64,000 nt of DNA from Gracilinanus agilis (lineage: Eukaryota), in assembly GCF_016433145.1 (NCBI RefSeq), contig NC_058132.1:28828260-28892259 (forward strand). The letters run 5' to 3'. Below the pieces are notes generated by a model. That model was not told the origin of the DNA and made no database searches. It saw only the letters and a program-made list of their open reading frames with translations. The stretch's first letter is position 1. Each line of letters starts with the position of its first letter. Both the position numbers and the translations under genes were made by a program. Below are positions 23,117-35,585 of this stretch, one piece after another.

Positions 23117-26100
23117 ATGGCTGGGACTGGGCCGCCCCCGGGACTCCCTGGCGCTGCAGGAGCCGTGCCCTCGGGCCCGGGGCCTGGCGTGCCCGGGAAG
23201 AGTGGCGAGGAGCGACTGAAAGAGATGGAGGCGGAGATGGCGCTGTGAGCCCCTCCCTTCCTCTCCCCGCCCGCCGCGCAGAGGCCAGGGCGGCCGTCCC
23301 CCTGCCTCCGTGCCGAGAAACTGGGGAGCGGGGAAGGGCGCCCCCACGAGGGCGGGATAGGAAAGGGGAAGCCGCCAGTCTCCCACCCGAGTGTGTCCGA
23401 CCCCGGGTGTCCGTTCCCTCCTCCGTCCTGGGTCTGTCTCCGAGAATCTCTTACCCTCCTGCCAAAGTGTCCGTCTCAACACTTTGCTCCAGCAGGATGT
23501 CGTTTTGTATCTACATGTCTTTCTGCATGTCTGTCTCTTCCTGGTGCATTTGTCTCCAGCCTCTTTCTAAAGGGGTCCAGGGCTCAGAGCGTTCTATATC
23601 TCCCCTTGTCTTCTCTCCCTGCCCACGTTCGGGTCTTTGTCCAAAATTGCCCCATGCCAGCAGTTTTCTCTCCACACATTTCCTTGTCCCATTATTTCCA
23701 TCTTTCTTCGCATCTCTTAAACTCCTTCTTTCCATCTCTGAGCCTCTGTCTCTCCTCAGTTGTCTTGGCCTCAAGTTGCCTTTTGTCTTTATTCCTCTCT
23801 TTCTCTGAATCTGCAAAGAGATAGGATGGCTCCAGATGGTCTCTGATACCAAACCCAATGCTGCATCTTTGTATGTGAATCATTTCCTATTTCTGCTTTA
23901 CAGGTTTGAGCAGGAAGTCTTGGGGGCTCCAATATCTGGGATTCCAACCCCAGTTGTACCAGCTGTGGAGCCTGCCCCTGTGATCCGCCCAATCATTGCC
24001 ACTAACACCTACCAGCAGGTAGGAGGGTGTAGTGTGCCTTGGAGACTGTACCTTTCAACTAGTTTATTAATTCCAAACTTGCTTTTATCGTTTATCCTAC
24101 TTGTCTCTTAGCTCAGGCTCCTGAGAGGGAATCTGGACTCTCTCACTGATCACCTCTTGTCCTCCCCCCTGGTCAGGTCCAGCAGAGCCTGGAGGCCCGG
24201 GCAGCAGCAGCAGCCACAGTAATTGCTCCTATTGTAGGTCCCCCTGGCCCCTTTGTGGGTCCTGGTGAGTTGGGGAAGAGGTATAGGGGGAGGGTCAAGA
24301 AGGAGGATTCCAGAGGGCCCCCCACCAATGTAAGTTTCTTTTCCCCCACAGTTGGCTTTGGTCCTGGAGGAGACAGAGGTCGCCTCGATAGCCCTGAAGC
24401 CCGAGATGCCATGTTCCTTCGCCGGGCGGGTCAGTGCCCAGGACCAAAAGCCCAGGATTCAACACACTGCCCTTGACCCCCCCCCCCAAATAAATAAACC
24501 TACCTAGGAAATATCTATGACAATCACCAATTTCCAAAGCTCCCCCAGGATTTTTTCCCAAGCCCTTAGAATTCCAAAAAAATTGCACATTGTCTCCTCA
24601 GAGACAATTCTCCCAAGCCCAGTACCTCCTCTTCAGAGCCCTCTGACTTCAAGGAACCCCAAAAGATACTATCAAAACCTTCCAAAAATCATCTAACCCC
24701 TAGATATTCATTCCCTCCTCCCACATGTAGCCATCCCAACGTTTCCAGAATTCCCTAAGATTCAGACTGACTCAGAGGTGCCAGCAGTGACCCAAGCACC
24801 CCATGAGAAATGTCTGAAGTGATCCTAGGGCCTGCTCAGAACCCTTGGACCCCTGGGGACTTCCTTCAAAGACCGTGAGGCATGGCCCTTCACGCTGTCT
24901 CCATCTCTGTCTCTCAGCAGTGCCCCCGCAGCGTCCCCCAATCCTGCGCCCAGCCTTCGTCCCCCATGTGCTGCAGAGAGCGGGTGAGAGAAGGGCCCAG
25001 GGATTATTCCCGGCCCGGCCCCATCCCCTCTTTGGCGTCCCCGGCACCTCAAAGACCCTGGGACCTCCTTCACTACACACTTTTTCTTTCTCTTTAGCAG
25101 GTGGCCCACGGCCCATGGCTCTTCGGCCACCACATCAGGCCCTGGTTGGGCCTCCCCTCCCTGGTCCCCCTGGACCCCCCATGATGTTGCCACCTATGGC
25201 CCGGGCACCAGGACCCCCACTTGGCACAATGGCAACCCTGAGGCCTCCCCCAGTGAGTTTTTGGAGCATGTGAGAAGGAAATGTGTTGGGGATACATACA
25301 TCTCTATTGTAAACCCCAGAATTCAGGCTCCTAACTTTGAGGGTATCATCTGTGTCTGTCGGGGGATTCTCTTAGATGTTTATGTCTCTGGTTTCTCTGC
25401 ATCCTTCTCTGTTTTCCTTTTTCATTCTCCATGGTCTGTATCTGTCTTTTTTCTCTGCCTCCTTCCACTCAATTTCTGAACACACTCAAGTATTACACAT
25501 TCTAAGCTGTGAGTTCCTAGTCTTGGAGGTAGGGGGAATGGGCTTGCTCTGGGCATCACATGGCCCAAACTGTCCCTGACTTCCCCAGCCCCGGCTCCAG
25601 GGCCCCTTGTTCCCAACTGTTTATCTTAACACCTTCATCTCCTTGTGTTTCTGGCAGGAGGAGCCTCCAGCCCCTCGGGAACTAGGTCTGGGCCTGGGCC
25701 TGGGGCTGAAAGAGAAAGAGGAGGCTGCTGCTGTGGCTGTGGCAGCTGCTGCAGCTGCAGGACTGGAAGAAGCGGGTGCAGCCGTGGGGGGCCCAGGAGC
25801 TGCTGCAGTCATTGGGCCCAGCCTCCCCCTGCCTTTGGCCATGCCCTTGCCTGAGCCTGAGCCCCTGCCTCTACCCCTGGAAGTCGTTCGGGGCCTGCTC
25901 CCACCCCTACGAATCCCTGAACTCCTGTCCCTCCGGCCCAGGCCCCGGCCCCGGCCTGAACCCCAGCCACCCCCAGGACTCATGGCCCTGGAGGTCAGTA
26001 TGGGCCAGGCCCTCAGTTGAAGAGTGGCATGGGGGTGGGTCTAGGGAGGTTAAGGATGATTTGGAGGATATATCAGGGGAGTCTCTCCCAACAGTAGGCA

Positions 26101-26873
26101 TTTAGTAAGTACTTTCTGATTTGAATTAGAAAGTTGGCTGGGGAGGGGCAGAGGTCTGAGGACACTCCTGTTGCCCAAAGACTCTTCAGTCCTCACCCCG
26201 CCTCCTCCCCCAGGTCCCAGAGCCATTGGGTGAGGACAAGAAGAAAGGGAAGCCAGAGAAACTAAAACGTTGCATCCGGACAGCAGCCGGGAGCAGTTGG
26301 GAAGACCCCAGCCTCCTTGAGTGGGATGCAGGTAAGGGGCCCTCTTTAAGGGCCCTTGTGCCCAGGGGAAAAGTCGGATGGGAAGAGGTTCGGGACTAGG
26401 GATGGGGAGAAGTGGGTTTGTGGAGAGGTTGGGCTGTAGGTAGGTAAAGAGACCGTCTTCTCCCTCTCCCTCCGTGGCCTAGATGACTTCCGGATCTTCT
26501 GCGGGGACCTGGGCAATGAAGTGAATGACGACATCTTGGCCCGAGCCTTCAGCAGATTCCCCTCCTTCCTCAAGGCCAAAGTTATCCGGGATAAGCGCAC
26601 GGGCAAGACCAAGGGCTACGGTTTTGTCAGTTTCAAGGACCCCAGTGACTACGTGCGGGCCATGAGGGAGATGAACGGTAAGTCCGATCCCGAGGCCCCG
26701 CCGCCTCGGTCACCCCAGCCTGGAGCCCAGCTGCCCCACTCACCTGGCTCTCTCCCCCAGGGAAGTACGTGGGCTCACGGCCAATCAAGCTACGGAAGAG
26801 CATGTGGAAGGACCGGAACCTGGATGTGGTGCGGAAGAAGCAGAAGGAGAAGAAGAAGCTGGGCCTTAGATAG
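23117..26873 (+). CDS. RBM42: RNA-binding motif protein 42 (463 aa, C-terminal RRM)
   Basis: Exons 23117-23244, 23904-24018, 24177-24264, 24352-24429, 24918-24983, 25098-25252, 25658-25993, 26214-26331, 26483-26677, 26761-26873 (TAG); 1392 nt in frame. GKSGEERLKEMEAEMALFEQE, the RRM (DDFRIFCGDLGNEVNDDILARAFS...KGYGFVSF) and the end KKQKEKKKLGLR match RBM42. Confidence 0.98.
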
Positions 26874-26932
26874 CCCAGACCCCAAGATTCCCCCTTAGCC
26901 CCTCTGTTGACTTTGTCCCTGTCCCCACTCAG

Positions 26933-26938
26933 AATAAA
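26933..26938 (+). terminator. RBM42 polyadenylation signal AATAAA
   Basis: AATAAA 60 nt after the stop codon. Confidence 0.85.
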
Positions 26939-27737
26939 TTTGAATTCTTTCCACCCGACTCTGTGGAGCATTTTGTCATCCAGTCCCCCTGCCTGAACAT
27001 CAGGCAGCTGAGGCCATTGTGGAAGAGAGTGGCCAGAGGAGAGCGCTGAGGGGGAGGGTTTTCCCTCCTTCGGGCTCTCTGATGTCATATTTTCCGTTAT
27101 GCTGTGAGGGAGTCTCAGGGTCAGGATGGGGCCCATCCTCCCACAGGAAACAACCTGGGGGCCCCCTCCTCTCCTGGGCTCAACACCCCCAGCCCCAGTT
27201 CTCCAGGGTCTGGGGGGGGTGGGGGTTGGAGCCCAACTCAGCTCATTGTAAACACACATGAGTGATGGGGCCAGAAACAGGAAGAGTCCGATGGAAAAAG
27301 AGATAGAGATTCAGCCCAGGAGGGCTTCGGAAACAACTGGGGCCGCCCATTCGCTGGCCGGGCCCAAGATTTACAGTCTTACACTCACTCTGCTTGGGCC
27401 TACCGGTCTGATGTTACACATGAGGAAACTGAGTCGCAGAAGCATGCAGAGTGGGGAGAGGGAAGGGAGGGCCCCTCGGAGGTGGGGTGGCAGAGCCAGG
27501 AGGAGGGCAGCGATGTTTGAAGTCACGGGACTCTGCCAGGACAGGGGAGCTGGGAGAGAACCCGGGGCCCGAGGCCCAAGGCACGGCTCACCTTCCCTGG
27601 GAGCTGGGAAACGAGCCCCAAAGGGCTTCCAGGAGCCAAGCAATCGCAGGGACACACAATACTTGGCTGCCTGAGCGGGCGAGGAGGACGGAGGGCTGCA
27701 CCCGCACCCCCTCCCCAAGCGTCACATTCGCCGATTG

Positions 27738-27789
27738 TGACGTCAGTCCCTGGGGGGTCCAGCCGGAAATCCTCCACTTCCGGAGATAA
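27738..27789. promoter_or_regulatory. Candidate ETV2 upstream enhancer (CRE + 2 ETS + GATA)
   Basis: TGACGTCA 27738-27745, CCGGAAAT 27763-27770, ACTTCCGG 27776-27783, AGATAA 27784-27789; about 1.15 kb upstream of the ETV2 ATG in a CpG-rich region. Confidence 0.6.
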
Positions 27790-28919
27790 GAGTTCGAGCC
27801 CTCCCCGCCACGGTCGCCGCCAGACCGTCGGCCCGCAACCCCCTCCCGGAGCAGAGACCTTTAACCCTGTCCAGAGACCCCAGGTCCCCATGTCTAAGCT
27901 ACCTGCCGCGGAGCCCCATTTCCCAAGCTCAAGCCTACCAAAGCCATCGAGAGAACCTCCAGTGGCCCCCGTCACGCTCTACCTCCTGTCCCCAAAACCT
28001 GCCGGACCCACCCACCGCAAATCCCTCGTGCCGCGGGATTCGCCCAGCTACAGCGACAGTCCCAGGCTCCCAAGCCCCTGAGGGCGGGGCTGGGGGTGGC
28101 CAGGGGCTGGGGGTCGCTAGCTCGGTTGATCCCACCACTCCCCCCAAATACACCCCATTCCCAGGCCGACCCCGGGCCCCTGAGAGTGAGGGGCTGGTGC
28201 TGGGGGGATCGGACCTCCAACCCGCACCCACACACGGTTCCTGCTCCTCTCAAAACCCGGTCCAAAGCTGGAGTGAATTACTCTGGGGAAAACCACAAGA
28301 AGGGGGGCGCCCCGGGCGGCCTCAGGAGAGGGCTAGCGTTCGAGAGGATGAACCCACTGCTCGGAATCGATGTCCGGTCCAACCCCGCCCCCTACTCCGA
28401 TTGCAACCTGACCCCTTTCCTATTCCTAGAGTCTCTGACGTGTCGGAAAATATCCCCCCTCCCCTGACTCCGCAGAGAGGAGGGGTCTGTATGAAAATGG
28501 GGCTGAGGGCCCTGGGGTGAGGAACAGAGGGAACACTGGAGAGGTGAGCGCCACGGGGCCTTGGGACTCCTGGAGGGAGCAGGGGCTGGACCAGAGAGAG
28601 TCAGAGAGCCCGAAGCCCCTGACTGACCGAAGGGGGCCGAGGTTCGGGGGCACCAGATTCCTGGGTCCCCGAGAAGGCGCAGGGTTTCCAGGACTCACCG
28701 GATCCGCCAAGTCTTGCGCGTTAAGGGTCTTCGCAGCCTCCCTAGTCTGGGGCCGGGTGGGTGCCCGGGACTCGGGACTACTTTCAGGCTTTGAACCCGG
28801 GAGACTGAGTCTCTAAGGGCTGCGCCTGGACGCCAGGGACGCGTCCCTCGAGGACCCTGTCAAACGAGCGTCTTTCCTCTCCTAGCATCTTGCAGTTGCC
28901 AAGAACTTCGGGAATGACC

Positions 28920-31590
28920 ATGGACCTGAACTGGTTTTGCTGGGATGAGCTGGCGTTGCAGGAAGTGCCCCTGGGATCCGTCTTGGAGCACCCAAGTCTG
29001 GGTACGAAGCAATTGGGCTGGGGGAGAGAAGGGCGCTTCTGCTGGAGGACGGGGACCCGAACCCGAAATCCGTGCCCCCGAGCTCTCCCGTGATGCCCTT
29101 GCCTCCCTCTTTCCAGCCTCAGGAGAAGCAGATTTCTACAGCTCAAAGGCTTCCACCCTGTCAGACCCCAGAGGCTTGGACCCGAGGACCCCTGGAGTTG
29201 GGTGGAAAGGTAAGGAGAGGGCGGTGGACACTTGGGACAAGAGCTGCGGGGAAAGAGATGTGCGGCGGGTCTCTAAGAGAGCAGGTGCCGGAGGCCTGGA
29301 CACCTGGGTCCCGACTAAGTCAGTATTTATAAACTGGCTACTCTGTTCCTGCCCTCCAAGACCTTGCCGTCTATAGGGAGAACCATGGCGTTATAATAGC
29401 AGTTGAGACAAATCCCCGCGGGGTAATTTTTAGAGGGAGCCATTGGTAAGACCCGAGAGCCCTCACAGAGAAGGGGATGTCTGCGCTAGAAAGCCCAAAC
29501 AGGGAGGAGCGTTGAGGGGAAGGTGGGAGCGAACCCGTCTTGCAAAGGCCCTAAGAGTGGAGAAGGGATGGACGGCGGAGCTAGCCCGGAGGGGAGAAGA
29601 GGGCTGGGGGTGCGGCTCTAGAGGCCACATATCCAGAAGTCCTGGGTGGTTACTCCCTCCCTCCTCCCCAAACTCAGCCTCCATTTGACACCTTCCAGCG
29701 CTCCCAGCTAACGAATGCGGCTCGGATTTCCCGTTTCCTGAATTTCCGTGGGGGACTGGTGAGTCCTGGAGACCTGCTTTTGGGTCTGGGGATTCGGGAG
29801 CCGGGTTTACTGGGAAGCGTCGGGGACAGGGGCGAGCGGTCACCCCAAAGGTCTTCAAAGTGAATCCAGGACCTGGATAGGGAATTCGAACTCCCGAGCC
29901 TTCGAGGGGACTGACTAGAGAAAGCCCGAGTCCCTGAAGTGAGGCGGGGGGGGAGTCTAGGGCACCTGGGTCCCCGCAGTTGGGTTGGGGAAGGAGGCGG
30001 AGCTCCTGACACCTCCCAACCGCGACGGCTATCTCCTCCTAGACTCTTCCTCCTTGAATCTCCAGTGTTCTGGCGACTGGACGGACTCTACCTGGTTCAA
30101 CCCAGGCTCCCAACCCTACTGTCCTACCCCTTTTACCTACCCTGAAAGCGCGGGAATCGCGGATCTTACCACCAGCCAAGCAAGCTTCACCTCATGGACT
30201 ACCACCCCTGCCCCAAGCGGTCCCACCCACTGGGACTGTCCCAACGGTCCTTGCTGGGACGGCGGCAGCGCCGCCGGCATGGAATATCCCACCTCCTGGG
30301 AGTTCAGCCAACCTTCGGGCTGTTCAGTTCCCTCGAGCGGGTGTCCAGTCTCCTCTGACTCAACATCACGCTCGGACCGTACCATCGCAGTCCGCGGCCC
30401 CAGGACTGGACACCGTGGTATGTGAACGCCTGAGTCCCCAATAAAGGGGGGGGGGGGTCAGCTCTGGAGAAATAGAACTCTAGTCCTTGAGTAAGAGGGC
30501 AAGGGCTAGGGTGCCTGGGTCCTTGATGAAGTGGGGGTGGGGGGTGGAAGACTGGGGAAATAGAATACCAAGATCCCCAAGGGGAAGTTCTCTGGTTGTA
30601 TGAAGGAGGCACCTCTACTTGGGATCCCTGGGGGGAGAGGAGGGAAGAGATGAGGCGGCACTGAGGGAAATGGCCCGGTGGAGGAGCTCTGGGTGCAGGT
30701 ACGCCAGTGTTCTCACCTGCTGCGCCGCTCCTCAGGTCCCATCCAGCTTTGGCAATTCCTGCTGGAACTCCTCCGGGACCGAGCCGGCCAAGGCTGCATC
30801 CGTTGGACTGGGAATAGCCGGGAGTTCCAGCTATGTGACCCGAAGGAGGTAGGGGCGCCCTCATGGCCCCTCGTTTTAAGGCTATTGAAAGTTTCCAAGC
30901 ATGTGTGGCAAAGGGCGGCTAAGGTTGGCAACAGGCAAAAAGATGCATGCGAGGGACGTTAGCAAGGGAGAATCCCACAAGATTGAAGATACAGGAAATC
31001 CAGGAGAGGGAGGGGAGAGGCAAAGGTAGTACTGTGTGGTACCTAGTTTCCAAGTAGTGGTTCCAGAGGGAGCGGTGGTGATGCTATTGGAGAGAAAGGA
31101 GAGAAGAAGAAGTGGGGGCGGGGACGATGGTAGAAGAAAGGTGTGGGGAGATAATAACGTTCAGTTTGGACCTGAATTCGAGATGCTTGTGGGGCATCCT
31201 AGCGTCAGTGGCTGCTATGCAGCCGGAGCTCAGCTTGGAGCTCAAAAGAGAGGACAAAGCACACTGGATTCTTCGGAACCGCATCAGAAATCATTAGTTC
31301 CTTTTCCGAGCTCCCCGCCCCTTCTTCCCCTCTCCAAACTCCCCCCTTTCCCTGCCTGCCCCTCCTCTCTCCCAGCTCCCCTGAGCCTCGGATCCCGCGC
31401 TCAGCCCCTGGTCTGCCTTCCCTCCGCGCAGGTGGCCCGTCTGTGGGGGGAGCGCAAAAAGAAGCCGGGGATGAACTACGAGAAACTGAGTCGGGGGCTG
31501 CGTTACTATTACCGCCGGGATATCGTGCACAAGAGCGGCGGCCGAAAATACACTTACCGCTTTGGAGGCCGGGTCCCCGACCTACCCTGA
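28920..31590 (+). CDS. ETV2: ETS variant transcription factor 2 (ER71), about 293 aa
   Basis: Exons 28920-29001 (in-frame ATG also at 28914), 29117 (or 29123)-29209, 29699 (or 29708)-29758, 30043-30417, 30736-30848, 31432-31590. N-terminus [23 protein letters not shown] motif, ETS domain [13 protein letters not shown]...[32 protein letters not shown]; syntenic with RBM42 and COX6B1. Acceptors of the 2nd and 3rd coding exons are less certain. Confidence 0.93.
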
Positions 31591-31644
31591 CCCTGCCGGA
31601 GAGAACTATGCGCGGGGGGGCTGGGGGTATTGGTGCTTGGGCTG

Positions 31645-31650
31645 AATAAA
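31645..31650 (+). terminator. ETV2 polyadenylation signal AATAAA
   Basis: AATAAA 55 nt after TGA. Confidence 0.8.
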
Positions 31651-32404
31651 AGTTTTCGGACTCAACGCGCGATTCTACGAGTTTCTCTGTCCCAAGGGAC
31701 CCCAGGACTCCCCCTCCGTCCAGCCTCCGCGCCTCTAACTAGCCTTTTGGGCCTCCCCTCCTTCTGCGGGCTCTAGGCACAGAGAAATCGGAGCCTGCCC
31801 TCCCTCCCCGGGGGTGGGAGGTGGGGATGGGGCAGCGGCCCTGGCTCACCTCCCGAGATCCTGCTGGGACCCTATTTATTGTTCAGCTCTGAATACCTGG
31901 CGTTCTCCGGTATGGAGAGCTGAAATTAAGGCGAGATGCGCAAAGGCAAGAAAAGCGCCGCCCTCCCCTGCCTTTGCAAAGCAAGCCCAGCGGCTTCTCG
32001 CCTGCTAGCCTGGAAGCTCCCGGCGGGCACTTGTGGATTCAGCATCCTCCCTCGGAACCCGGCTCGAGACCCCTCAGCCTGGGCTTTCCTCCCTGCCCAG
32101 GACAGTAACCCTTGCACTAGCGCCCCCCTGCATCAATTAACAAGCATTCCCTAAGCGATGGTTTCCTTTGCACTAAACTGGGGGAACGAAGACAAAAGTG
32201 AAATCTCCCATATTGTCCTCAAGCAGCTTTCGAATAAAAAAAGATGAGAGTAACTGGGGGGCGGGCCCAGGAGCCTCTTAAAGTAACAGAGGACCTTCGA
32301 GGGAGTGTCCTAGCGGGAAGAAGGATCTGGCAAGGTTTCGTGGAGGTCGGGCTTGAGAGGAATCTTGAAGATTAGGGATTGTGGGCACCCAGGAGTCTCA
32401 GCGG

Positions 32405-33133
32405 ATAGAGAGCGGGAAGTCCTGGATTCAAATGTAGCCTCAGACACTTCCTAGATGGGTGACCCTGGGCCAGTCACTTCACCCCCATTGCCTAGCCCTT
32501 GCCGCTCTTCTGCCTTGGGACTAATACACAGTATTGATTCTAAGATGGAAGGTGAGGGTTTGTTTCAAAAAGGAAAAGAAAAAACAACAGGGATTATAAA
32601 GAGACTGAGGGAAGGGAGTTGTCAATAGCCTGTAGAAAGGCAGAAAGAAAGCATGAAAGACAGAGGGAGAGAGAGACATCCGAAACTAAATTTGATCCTG
32701 GAATCAAGGGGGAGCCGCTAGAGTTTGTTGGGCAGGGCAGTGACCTCGATCGGCCTTTTAGGAAAATCAGTGGTAGTTCTGAAGAGAGAAGACTGGAGTG
32801 GGGGGTCGAGATTTGAGACAGAGAGACCAAATGGGCTATTTTAAGTAAGACAGGTACAAGACAATGAGACGGGACCTGCCTAGGGGTGGGTTTAGGAAGA
32901 GATTAATAATAGGTGGTAAGGTTTGCAAAGCACTTTATAAATATCCCACCTTAGGGAACAGCTGGGTAGCTCAGTGGATTGAGAACCAGGCCTACAGATG
33001 GGAGGTCCTAGGTTCAAATCTGGCCTCAGACACTTCCCAGCTGTGTGACCCTGGGCAAGTCACTTAACCCCCATTGCCTAGCCCTTGCCACTCTTCTGCC
33101 TCGGAGCCAATACACAGTATAGACTCCCAGACG
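32405..33133 (+). mobile_element. Two SINEs (about 32405-32582 and 32955-33133); the second runs into an N gap
   Basis: Match the SINE unit. Confidence 0.8.
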
Positions 33134-33320
33134 NNNNNNNNNNNNNNNNNNNNNNNNNNNNNNNNNNNNNNNNNNNNNNNNNNNNNNNNNNNNNNNNNNN
33201 NNNNNNNNNNNNNNNNNNNNNNNNNNNNNNNNNNNNNNNNNNNNNNNNNNNNNNNNNNNNNNNNNNNNNNNNNNNNNNNNNNNNNNNNNNNNNNNNNNNN
33301 NNNNNNNNNNNNNNNNNNNN
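33134..33320. other. Assembly gap (187 N)
   Basis: N run starting inside a SINE 3' end. Confidence 1.
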
Positions 33321-34574
33321 ATTAAATAAATAATTGAATGTCCCACTTTAGCTTCAGAGTACCCTGGAAGGTAGGTACTATTATCCCCATTTTACAGATG
33401 AGGGTACAGACTAAGAGAGGCTGTATAGCAGGCAGGATTTGAACTCGGGCTTTTCTGCCTCCAACTCCAGCACTCTGACTAGGCCCCCCAAGCTACCTCT
33501 GAAAGAACAGAGAAGATTTAGCAACTATGTGCAGTAGGAGGGAGGGGTTACAGGATGACCCTGAGGTTTTGAACCTGGGTGACTGGAATACTATTGGTAC
33601 CTTCAGAACTAAGGAAGTTTGGAAAAAGAGATGGGAGGAGAGAGATAAGAGTTCCCTTTTGGAAGTGTCGAGTTTGAGATGCTACAGGATGTTTACTTTG
33701 AAAAGTCCACCAGGCAGCTGGTGATAAGCTAAAAAGCACAAGAAAAATTGTTGTCCTTGTCACGTCTGATGACTCTTCATGACCCCATTTGGGGTTCTTG
33801 GCAAAGATACTGGAGTGACAGGCCATTTCCTTTCCAGCTCACTTTTACAGATGAGGAAACTGAGGTAGACAGGGGCATACAGGCTATATTTGAACTCAGA
33901 TCTTTCTGACTCTAGGCCTATCAGCTCTATCTACCAAGCCACCCAGCTGACCTAGAGGGAAACTAGGGCTACATAGATCTGGGAGTTAGTTATCTACATG
34001 AAGAAGATCATTGTAAACTGATGAGGTTATGAAAAGAGAAAGTAGAGAGAAAAAGGGGAAGAGGCCCAGGACAGAACTTTAGGGAACACCAACGATGGAC
34101 ATGACATAAACAGTGAATCAGCAAAGGAGATGGAGGAGGAATGGCCAGAGGTCAGACAGATGACAGGAGAACCCAAAGAGGAGAGAGAGTATTCAAGAAA
34201 GGGGAACTGGCCCTGTCAAATGGAGAAAGAGAGGTAGAGAAGGAAGAGGATTAAGAAGAGGGATTTCCAGTAACATAGACGAAAGCAAGTGATGAGATCA
34301 GAATCCAGATTTCAGAGGACGAATAAATTAAACAAAAGAAGAAATCAAGGTACAGACTGGAAGCAGCTTTTTCCAAGAGTTAAAAGTCAGAAAAGGAGGA
34401 GATACAGTGGAACAATAGTTATCTGGAAAATGGGATTATGTGTTTATAGTCAGTAGGGGAAAAAAGATTGGAAGGGATTGGGTGATTAGATAAAGGAGAT
34501 GATGCTGGAACCAAGCTGCTGGAGGAGAGAGGAGGTAGAATACTTAGAGAGGCTGGCCTCAGTAAGAAGATAAA

Positions 34575-35072
34575 CTCCTAAAAAAATAATAATAGCTAAG
34601 AATAAATAAATAAGAAAGCAAATTTAAAATTAATAATAATAAATTTAAAATAAAAATAAAAAGGTAAACTTTTTAAAATTAATAATAAGTTTAAAATAAA
34701 AATAAAGAAGTTAAACTCCTAAAATTAATAATAATAAATTTAAAATAAAAATAAAGAAGGTGAACTCTTAAAAATTAATAATAAGGGGCAGCTGGGTAGC
34801 TCAGTGGATTGAGAACCAGGCCTAGAGACAGGAGGTCCTAGGTTCAAATCCGGCCTCAGACACTTCCCAGCTGTGTGACCCTGGGCAAGTCACTTGACCC
34901 CCATTGCCTACCCTTACCAATCTTCCACCTATAAGTCAATACACAGAAGTTAAAGGGTTTAAAATTTAAAAAAAATTAATAATAATAAGTTTAAAATAAA
35001 AATAAAGAAGTTAAACTCTTAAAAATTAATAATAATAAATTTAAAATAAAAATAAAGAAGGTGAACTCTTCA
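34575..35072. repeat. AT-rich ~50-bp minisatellite with a SINE inserted at 34785-34975
   Basis: About 6 units of AATTAATAATAA(TAAA/G)TTTAAAATAAAAATAAAGAAG(GTG/TTA)AACTC(T/C)TAAA. Confidence 0.85.
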
Positions 35073-35585
35073 ATAGAGACCAGAATAAATGAGGAAAGGA
35101 TGAAAAATGAATATGGAGGTTATCAAATTGGGGAGGGTAAGCCAAGGAGAACGGGGGGGAAAAATGGAATTCTCAACAAATTGCTTCAATTGTTTTTCAG
35201 TAAAATATGAAGCAAGGGCCTCGGTTGAAAGTGTTGGGAAAGGAATCAAATAAGATAATGTATATGTCACACTTAAGACCTTGTTTCCAGGTCCAGCACT
35301 GATTGCTTTAGTCTACTAGAAGGCATCATGGCATTATCTTAATAATACAAGATAGTACCATTGCTGAGTTGCTCACCAGGCCTAGCTCTATTTGAAATAT
35401 AAGCCCAAAGACCTTGTCTCCTTCTCTCTGGGTGTGCAGAGACTCTAGTGTCCCTGATGACCAACAAACGGAGTTCAGTCTATAAATGCTCAGGCATCTT
35501 CTGACTTCCAGTCCTATCCCCTCCTTCCATGATGGTGACTTCTACTTAACTTCCTCTGTTCAGTAAAATTAGCAATACTCTATAA

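Noticed and set aside
22952-23858. Long overlapping ORFs (272, 176, 143 aa) at the RBM42 5' end
   Set aside because: Stop-poor CpG island plus exon 1 shadows; no recognisable protein.
28693-28699. Minus-strand donor CG|GTGAGT suggesting a divergent transcript from the ETV2 promoter
   Set aside because: A single hexamer is expected by chance every few kb; no matching acceptor or poly(A) evidence.
29324-29333. TATA-like TATTTATAAA in an ETV2 intron
   Set aside because: No downstream in-frame start or other promoter support.
27258-29376. Many 100-150 aa ORFs on both strands upstream of ETV2
   Set aside because: GC-rich CpG island with low-complexity Pro/Gly/Arg translations and no supporting gene structure.
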